Shown: positions 1 through 7,029 of the stretch, one piece after another
Layout of the letters: each line of letters opens with the position of its first letter
Numbering within the stretch: position 1 is the first letter of the stretch
Translations under genes and position numbers: made by a program
Assembly (NCBI GenBank): GCA_017499595.2
Contig: CM039009.1
Span: forward strand, 1-64,000
DNA: 64,000 bases
Origin: Psilocybe cubensis
Lineage: Eukaryota
Direction: 5' to 3'
Notes under the pieces: generated by a model
Told to the model about the DNA's origin: nothing
What the model saw: only the letters and a program-made list of their open reading frames with translations
Database searches by the model: none

Positions 1-130
1 CCCTAAACCCTAAACCCTAAACCCTAAACCCTAAACCCTAAACCCTAAACCCTAAACCCTAAACCCTAAACCCTAAACCCTAAACCCTAAACCCTAAACC
101 CTAAACCCTAAACCCTAACCCTAAACCCTA
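1..130 (+). repeat. Terminal telomere (CCCTAAA)n = (TTTAGGG)n on the minus strand
   Basis: About 17 near-perfect CCCTAAA units from base 1, C-rich strand 5'->3', as expected at a left chromosome end. Confidence 0.97.
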
Positions 131-723
131 AACCTAAACCTAAACCCTAAACCCTAAACCCTAAGCCCTAACCTAACCCCAACCCTAAGCTAACTAAGTC
201 TAACCTTAGTAGGAAGTAAGGTAGGCGTGTGAACTTCCGAAAGGCATGTGATTGTGAAGGGCCGGATCTAATTTAGTACATGGGAAAAGTTACTTAGTAC
301 CTCGGGAAAAGTTCCTTAGTACCGTGGAAACATTTTTGATGGACCGGATCATGAACTGTCCAATTAAGATTCACAACAATCAATCAATTGATTGTTAGGT
401 AAGGACCCAGGTAAGCTATTTATACTCTTGACATGAGAATATTCCCATGTCACGGTTACTCGGAGCCACGTAACCAGAGTATTTTATATCCATGTGATTC
501 ACATCACAGTCAATAACCCACGATGTCAAAGAACAAAAGTGTTGGATCCACTTTTGACAGGTTACCATGTGCCACATCGACCCGTGACACTCTGTTCATC
601 AGAGATCTGTCTAACTTGACAATAAACATTGACAGATTTGTGATAGTCGGTAAGATACATGACAGCTGCGCAGCATCACTTCACGCGCTGTCATCGGATG
701 TTCCAGAACATTCCTTCTAAGAA

Positions 724-1719
724 TAGCCACTGAAGAGTCTATAAAGACGAAAGGGCTGGCTGCTGATAACAATCAACAGCCCTCAAGTACTCGTCCTCTC
801 CCAAACTCCTGCCGCTTGTGCCTTCCCAACTCATCCGGGAGCCCTTTCGTCACTGATCTTGCCCTTGACTCGGGGACGTTTCATCGACATGTTGGCTGCC
901 TCACGGCAAGCGGGGCCCTTTTTCTTTCACTCGCTCACGCCTTCTATGTTGGGTTACGGAGGTCATACAAACTCGTTTTAGTCTAGCTGCGGGGTTATCC
1001 AGCTATGATGACTTTGTAATTCGAGGGCGCGCAGTTCTTCAATGGGTATGGACATCAGGTGAGAGTACACTGGGGGTTGTCAGGACCAGCTCTGCTGGAT
1101 ACGCTCCTGGCAAGTCGGTTGCAGCCGGCGACACTACCGAATTGCTGGGACGTCCTAAAGCTTGTGGGTACCGCCGACCGCTGGAAACAGCCTAGGCACC
1201 GGTGGCGACCGGGTATGGTAACAATCCCCAAGATTCAGCGAAAGCTGGAATGGATAATCAGCAGCGAATCCGTAACGGTCACGCCGACGGAAGCGTTCAA
1301 CGACTAGGTGGTAGTGGGGTCTTCGGATCTTAAGATATAGTCTTGGGAGTGGGGAAACCCACATCTGGTATCTAAACCGCGCCTCGCTGCTTACGAGGAC
1401 GGCCCGAAGTCCAGAACCGCTTAAAACGCGGGTGACCCGGCCTCCCCTTAGTAAAGGGAGTTAACACAAGGATGGACAAATAGTTCGTCGCCGGAAATGA
1501 ACCTGTGGCTGTAATGGCTGATGTGGCGCCCCTTGGTAAAGGGCTTAAAGGGTATTAGCCTGCCATGTCCAATGGCATGAGAGTGTCCCTTGGTAAAGGA
1601 CTTAATAGGCAATAGCCTGTTCTTTTGTCATGAGCGGTATGTAGTGATCGTTTGCCTGTACGGTAGCGCCCATTGCTTGCACTGGTCCACGCCCGTAAAA
1701 AATCACGAGCCGCTGGCCT
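724..1719 (+). ncRNA. Hammerhead ribozyme split by a group I intron (exon parts 724-783 and 1713-1719)
   Basis: tagcca-CTGAAGA-gtct(ataa)agac-GAAA-gggctg...cagcccT | 929-nt insert | Ctggc. Joining the exons gives the same sequence as the intact copy at 6064-6130. Confidence 0.9.
784..1712 (+). ncRNA. Group I self-splicing intron, IC1-like, 929 nt
   Basis: 5' exon ends in U783 and the intron ends in G1712. P1: acagcccU-ca (776-785) pairs tgGgggttgt (1071-1080) with a U783.G1073 wobble, extended by gtactc/gagtac. P aattgctggg 1140-1149; Q aatcagcagc 1256-1265; R gttcaacgacta 1295-1306; S aagatatagtc 1332-1342. P3 cactacc/ggtagtg; P7 gacta/tagtc; P8 with UUCG loop; P9 gtggg-GAAA-cccac; P5abc with a GAAA loop. 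Confidence 0.93.
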
Positions 1720-1824
1720 TCTTTCCATTTAACTCACAGTTTAAACAAGTCGCTCGCACCTCGCTTCGCTCGGTGCTCGCTCCCCCCCTAAACCCAACGA
1801 CTTTGCTATTACCCAACAGCTACT

Positions 1825-2980
1825 ATGTCTTCCACTTACTCTGCTGCCTTCTCTCGTGCCATGTCCCCCACCCTGGACGCACTCACCCAGGCTGTCGTCA
1901 ACAACACAGTTTTTGGCGTCAACGACGAAGCTGGCCGCCACAACGCCCTCATCGACGAGTTGGCCACTGTCGTCATCAAGAAAATAGCTGAGTGCCGCTC
2001 CATTGACCAGATTGTAGACTGCGTCTTTTTTGACTATCGTGCTGCCCTTAGGGAGTTTCTCCTCAACCTCGCATCGTGGTGCGATAAGAGGGAAACAGTC
2101 AAGGCTAGCCTCGAGCGCCTTGAACTTGCCGTTAGCGCAGGCAACACCCCCAATCGCCTTCGGGTGAAGGCTCCCGAGTTCCAACTTACGAAGGAATTCG
2201 CGGATGCCGGGTCAGCGGAAGCTCTTCGAGTTTCCTCTACGTTCTCCACCGCTCGTGATGTCTTCCAAAAGGCAATCAACGACGGCGCCATTCAGGCGAA
2301 AAAGGACGAACTGGCCTTTTGGGATGATAAATGCGCACTCAATAACTGTTATGAAGCTGCTGCCCTCATCGTTAAGACAACTTACGATGATCGCAAATCC
2401 AGCTATAAGCTCCCCGTTTTCTCTACAGACAACAAGGGAGTTCGTCGAATAACAGATTGGGTAGTGTCACCGCAGAAGAAGGCTGAATGCAGCGCATTGC
2501 AAACCATTTTGCCAGCCATCTTCTCTCATATCAAACAGATTGTCAACTTGCGCCACCGCGCTTTGGCAATCAAGATTGAGAAAAAGCGGTCGACTGCGGC
2601 AACAGCCGATGTCGAGATGGCCGATGCGACCAAACCAGGTCCATCGATTCAATCCCTTATTGATAAGGGCTTGAATGCACGTCTCAAGAAGCTCAACCTT
2701 GGATCTGTGGGCAAGAAGGCAAGTTCTCGTAACCCTTCACCCATAATTCTGGATACTAATTACTATTCTAACTACCCAGACTTTGTCTGGCCAGAATTCG
2801 TCCAAGGCTCCTCAACCTCAGGCCAAGAAAGCTGGCCCTTCGAAATTCAAACCCTCGTCGACGCCTTCGCAGAAGAAGCCCCAAACCAAGGCTTCCAACA
2901 AGGTCGACAACAAGAAGAAAGGGAAGGGGAGAGCTCCCGTCAAGAACGATCCAAAGGGAAAGGGAAAGGCAAGAGCCTAG
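1825..2980 (+). CDS. Predicted spliced ORF1 (join 1825-2718, 2780-2980), ~364 aa with a Lys-rich C-terminus
   Basis: Removing the 61-nt GC-AG intron joins codon 298 in frame to TLSGQNSSKAPQPQAKK...KGKGKARA*. Confidence 0.7.
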
Positions 2981-5355
2981 ACGCGCGGTCTAATGTAGTA
3001 CCTTTTACGTCGGTAAGACCCGCCTTCCCCAACTCTATTCCTGACGATATACTCACCATGACTAAAACAGACGCAGTTTCTTTTGTACACTTACATACGC
3101 CGATCTCATTCTTGTTGGCTGGCCAGTATCGTAGTAGTGTACACTGTAGTCCTGGTGTGGTGGTCCCTGTAGATATAGCAAATGATTTGTCACTCGGACT
3201 CAATTATATGTTTTTTACTCTACCTTCTCAAAGTCTGATCATGCAAGCATGGAATGATTTTCAACGAAGAATAAGATGGCGTATCTATTTTTTGTTTAAG
3301 GAAGGCATGAACAAACCTTTTGATCCAGATTACGGAGTAAGCTCAAAAAAGAAAGAGAAACCTCCAGTATTACCGCAATACATGGAACTTGGCCTTTCGA
3401 TGGGACGTCGGTACGTGCAACGCACGATCGCAAGTATCCCGGAAGAAGCCCTTACGGAGATGCGAAAGCACGCGTTCTCTCCTAAAAGGGACAAGATCCG
3501 TAAGTTTCTTATCGATAACAACTATGTTATTACGATGACAGATAAGAATCTTGGCCTCGCGGTGTCTGAACGCGACTGGATATTAAGGAATGAGCTCAAT
3601 CTTCTTGAAGATGAACGTAACTATGAAGAGTTAGAATTCGAAGTTGCGCAAGAAGTAATGAAGAGCAAAATGATCCAGATGCAAACTCTTGCACGTACCG
3701 TCGAAGATGAACATCTGTTTCTATTTGAACTTGGGTTGTCTCGATTCTTTCTATCGAATGTACCGGAAGACGGATCATCGTTCAAGTATCCTCAATTTCA
3801 TGGTATACCTAAAATCCACAAAAAACCTACTGGATTTAGGCCCATAATTCCGTGTCACTCTGTAGTATTTAATCCTGCAGCCAAGTTTGTATCAAAAGAG
3901 CTTAAGCCGATTATTAAATCGACTCCTTCAATCATTCACGGAACGAAGGATCTCTTTACGAGATTAAGCCAATTGCGTATAGACCCCAAACGACAATGGT
4001 ATTTTGTCACCGGGGATGTAGTTGCTTTCTATCCCAATATTCCGTTGGACTTGTGCATCGAAATCGTTTGTAATATGTACGAGGAATGGTTACTCAACGC
4101 TTCGGAAGAAAACACTGCATTAGCCCATATTAATCCAAATTCGTTAGAGAATAACTTGGTTAAATTGGGCATCTTTAAACGTGCTATCGAGATTGGCAAT
4201 ACGCAATTGATAACACAACATGGGTCTAGATATTTTAGACAAAAAAATGGCCTCGCAATGGGCGTCGCGGATTCTCCGGACCTTGCTAACCTCTTTGGAG
4301 CCCATTTTGAAATAAAATCAAAAATCTTAGACCACCCAAACGTGGCCTTCTATGGAAGGTACATCGACGATTGTTTCGCAATTGTTTACGCCGAGTCCGA
4401 AGCACTTGCACTTAATCTTATTAAAGAAACAATAAAGTTCGATGGTTGTGTTATCGAATGGGCTGTTTCCTCGTCGGGATGTCAATTTCTCGATGCTTTC
4501 ATATTCAAGGAGTCTGGAAAACTTCATTGGAAGCCATTTGTCAAGACAGGAAACAACCGAGAACGAGTTCCATGGGTATCACATCATCCTTTGGACGTCA
4601 AACGTGGCGTCTACATTGGAGAGTTATCCAGGTTAGCCGTGCTATGTAGTACCAAGGAAATCTACATCGGAGCAATTAGAGACCTTAACGCTCTCTATTT
4701 GATGCGCGGTTATCCCGAAAACCTAGTCATGTCTTGGTGTAAGAAGAATATACAAGAACGTTGGGAAAAGCGATTCGCTTTACGAGTCGCAGAGCACGAC
4801 GAATCCATTCTTGTACTTAAAACCAGATTTGATCAGGTATGGAATTGGTTTTCAGCTGCTGAACTTGGAAAAACTGTTACCGAGTACTGGTCGGCATGGT
4901 ATGAACATGCCGAGAAAGGTTTGTATAGTGCAGACTCGTCCAGACCCCTTATCAAACCAGATCCAAATTACGTTCACGACCTCGATGATGTTCGCCCGGA
5001 GCTGTTCACACAGATCCTCGTGGACGGAGAAACTGAGTTCGTACCGGATTTGAGGAAGATAGGACTACTCGGAAGTCGTTGGATAGTATCGCGAAAACGC
5101 AATACTAATCTTTTCGACCTTGCAAATGTGTGGAAGAAAACAGTCTTTCGTAAACTGGATGAAGACATCGCTGAAAAAGGTGGTGTTGTTCCCGAAACTC
5201 AAAACGTTAATGAAACTTATCATTCTGCTTTAGTTGAAGCTGCTGAACAGATAAGTATCGAAAGTGATAACGAGATAATACTTCATAGACGTTCAATCTC
5301 ACAAGAGAGGGAACATCCAGAATTCGGCAGAATATCCAAATCTTACAACCGATGA
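1825..5355 (+). CDS. Penelope-like reverse transcriptase polyprotein (ORF1 region plus RT, no endonuclease), 1176 aa
   Basis: Motifs TDKNLG, GIPKIHK..FRPII, VTGDVVAFYPNIP, QKNGLAMG..SP.LANLF, YGRYIDD, QFLD and the thumb SHHP..VKRG..GELSRL. No GIY-YIG motif follows. Confidence 0.95.
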   Translation: MSSTYSAAFSRAMSPTLDALTQAVVNNTVFGVNDEAGRHNALIDELATVVIKKIAECRSIDQIVDCVFFDYRAALREFLLNLASWCDKRETVKASLERLELAVSAGNTPNRLRVKAPEFQLTKEFADAGSAEALRVSSTFSTARDVFQKAINDGAIQAKKDELAFWDDKCALNNCYEAAALIVKTTYDDRKSSYKLPVFSTDNKGVRRITDWVVSPQKKAECSALQTILPAIFSHIKQIVNLRHRALAIKIEKKRSTAATADVEMADATKPGPSIQSLIDKGLNARLKKLNLGSVGKKASSRNPSPIILDTNYYSNYPDFVWPEFVQGSSTSGQESWPFEIQTLVDAFAEEAPNQGFQQGRQQEEREGESSRQERSKGKGKGKSLDARSNVVPFTSVRPAFPNSIPDDILTMTKTDAVSFVHLHTPISFLLAGQYRSSVHCSPGVVVPVDIANDLSLGLNYMFFTLPSQSLIMQAWNDFQRRIRWRIYFLFKEGMNKPFDPDYGVSSKKKEKPPVLPQYMELGLSMGRRYVQRTIASIPEEALTEMRKHAFSPKRDKIRKFLIDNNYVITMTDKNLGLAVSERDWILRNELNLLEDERNYEELEFEVAQEVMKSKMIQMQTLARTVEDEHLFLFELGLSRFFLSNVPEDGSSFKYPQFHGIPKIHKKPTGFRPIIPCHSVVFNPAAKFVSKELKPIIKSTPSIIHGTKDLFTRLSQLRIDPKRQWYFVTGDVVAFYPNIPLDLCIEIVCNMYEEWLLNASEENTALAHINPNSLENNLVKLGIFKRAIEIGNTQLITQHGSRYFRQKNGLAMGVADSPDLANLFGAHFEIKSKILDHPNVAFYGRYIDDCFAIVYAESEALALNLIKETIKFDGCVIEWAVSSSGCQFLDAFIFKESGKLHWKPFVKTGNNRERVPWVSHHPLDVKRGVYIGELSRLAVLCSTKEIYIGAIRDLNALYLMRGYPENLVMSWCKKNIQERWEKRFALRVAEHDESILVLKTRFDQVWNWFSAAELGKTVTEYWSAWYEHAEKGLYSADSSRPLIKPDPNYVHDLDDVRPELFTQILVDGETEFVPDLRKIGLLGSRWIVSRKRNTNLFDLANVWKKTVFRKLDEDIAEKGGVVPETQNVNETYHSALVEAAEQISIESDNEIILHRRSISQEREHPEFGRISKSYNR
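2719..2779 (+). other. Putative spliceosomal GC-AG intron within the PLE ORF (also 7924-7984 and 17511-17571)
   Basis: AAG|GCAAGT donor, CTAAC/CTAAT branch-like motif, CCAG acceptor, 61 nt long. Conserved in all three full copies. Confidence 0.72.
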
Positions 5356-6063
5356 AAAGAATACTAGCGCGTAAGGCGTAAAGCATTAGAAAAAAACCCT
5401 AACCGTAAGTATTCCTTGCTACAAAGTAACAAACATCTACTTACAAGCAACACATTGGATTAAATAGCTAAACCTAAACCTAAACCCTAAACCCTAAACC
5501 CTAAGCCCTAACCTAACCCCAACCCTAAGCTAACTAAGTCTAACCTTAGTAGGAAGTAAGGTAGGCGTGTGAACTTCCGAAAGGCATGTGATTGTGAAGG
5601 GCCGGATCTAATTTAGTACATGGGAAAAGTTACTTAGTACCTCGGGAAAAGTTCCTTAGTACCGTGGAAACATTTTTGATGGACCGGATCATGAACTGTC
5701 CAATTAAGATTCACAACAATCAATCAATTGATTGTTAGGTAAGGACCCAGGTAAGCTATTTATACTCTTGACATGAGAATATTCCCATGTCACGGTTACT
5801 CGGAGCCACGTAACCAGAGTATTTTATATCCATGTGATTCACATCACAGTCAATAACCCACGATGTCAAAGAACAAAAGTGTTGGATCCACTTTTGACAG
5901 GTTACCATGTGCCACATCGACCCGTGACACTCTGTTCATCAGAGATCTGTCTAACTTGACAATAAACATTGACAGATTTGTGATAGTCGGTAAGATACAT
6001 GACAGCTGCGCAGCATCACTTCACGCGCTGTCATCGGATGTTCCAGAACATTCCTTCTAAGAA

Positions 6064-6130
6064 TAGCCACTGAAGAGTCTATAAAGACGAAAGGGCTGGC
6101 TGCTGATAACAATCAACAGCCCTCTGGCCT
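6064..6130 (+). ncRNA. Type I hammerhead ribozyme, intact; predicted cleavage after C6124
   Basis: Stem I gcca/tggc, core CTGAAGA, stem II gtct/agac, GAAA, stem III gggctg/cagccc, CUC cleavage triplet. Confidence 0.92.
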
Positions 6131-6196
6131 TCTTTCCATTTAACTCACAGTTTAAACAAGTCGCTCGCACCTCGCTTCGCTCGGTGCTCGCTCCCA

Positions 6197-6283
6197 CCCT
6201 AACCCTAAACCCTAAACCCTAAACCCTAAACCCTAAACCCTAAACCCCCTAAAAACCCTAAACCCTAAACCCTAAACCCTAAC
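6197..6283 (+). repeat. Interstitial telomeric tract between PLE units
   Basis: CCCTAAA repeats with irregular units (ccccctaaaaa). Confidence 0.9.
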
Positions 6284-6858
6284 CTAACCCCAACCCTAAC
6301 CTAACCCCAACCCTAAGCTAACTAAGTCTAACCTTAGTAGGAAGTAAGGTAGGCGTGTGAACTTCCGAACGGCATGTGATTGTGAAGGGCCGGATCTAAT
6401 TTAGTACATGGGAAAAGTTACTTAGTACTTCGGGAAAAGTTCCTTAGTACCGTGGAAACATTTTTGATGGACCGGATCATGAACTGTCCAATTAAGATTC
6501 ACAACAATCAATCATTCTATTGTTTGATTGTTAGGTAAGGACCCAGGTAAGTTATTTATACTCTAGACATGTGAATATTCCCATGTCGCGGTTACTCGGA
6601 GCCACGTAACCAGAGTAATCTATATCCATGTGATTCACATCACAGTCAATAACCCACGATGTCAAAGAACAAAAGTGTTGGATCCACTTTTGACAGGTTA
6701 CCATGTGCCACATCGACCCGTGACACTCTGTTCATCAGAGACCTGTCTAACTTGACAATAAACATTGACAGATTTGTGATAGTCGGTAAGATACATGACA
6801 GCTGCGCAGCATCACTTCACGCGCTGTCATCGGATGTCTAGAACATTCCTTCTAAGAA

Positions 6859-6925
6859 TAGCCACTGAAGAGTCTATAAAGACGAAAGGGCTGGTTGTTG
6901 GGATCCCCCAACAGCCCTCTGGCTA
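6859..6925 (+). ncRNA. Type I hammerhead ribozyme, intact; cleavage after C6919
   Basis: 6-bp stem I tagcca/tggcta with the full core. Confidence 0.93.
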
Positions 6926-7029
6926 CTTTCCATTTAACTCCCAGTTTAAACTAGTCGCTCGCACCTCGCTTCGCTCGGTGCTCGCTCCCCCCCTAAACCC
7001 AACGACTTTGCTATTATCCATCAGCCACT

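Larger units (their letters stand above)
128..6200 (+). mobile_element. PLE copy A: 5' terminal repeat with group I intron, full ORF, intron-less 3' terminal repeat
   Basis: 128-783 plus 1713-1795 is repeated at ~5468-6200 and flanks ORF 1825-5355. Confidence 0.9.

Noticed and set aside
523-720. Recurrent 60-65 aa ORF MSKNKSVGST...
   Set aside because: It recurs only because it lies in the terminal repeat. Its end varies with an indel and it has no recognisable motif. A uORF role cannot be excluded.
1059-1364. Small ORFs inside the group I intron as a homing endonuclease
   Set aside because: They overlap the ribozyme core, are too short, and lack His-Cys, LAGLIDADG or GIY-YIG motifs.
784-1712. 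Insert as an rDNA fragment, spliceosomal intron or DNA transposon
   Set aside because: The flanks are hammerhead sequence rather than rRNA. There are no GT-AG ends, TIRs or target-site duplication, while the U|...G| boundaries and P1 fit a group I intron.
1825-5355. RT as telomerase (TERT) or a LINE/LTR pol
   Set aside because: It is multi-copy and 5'-truncated, has PLE-type DK and PKIHK motifs, and shows no TERT T motif, APE, RNase H or integrase.
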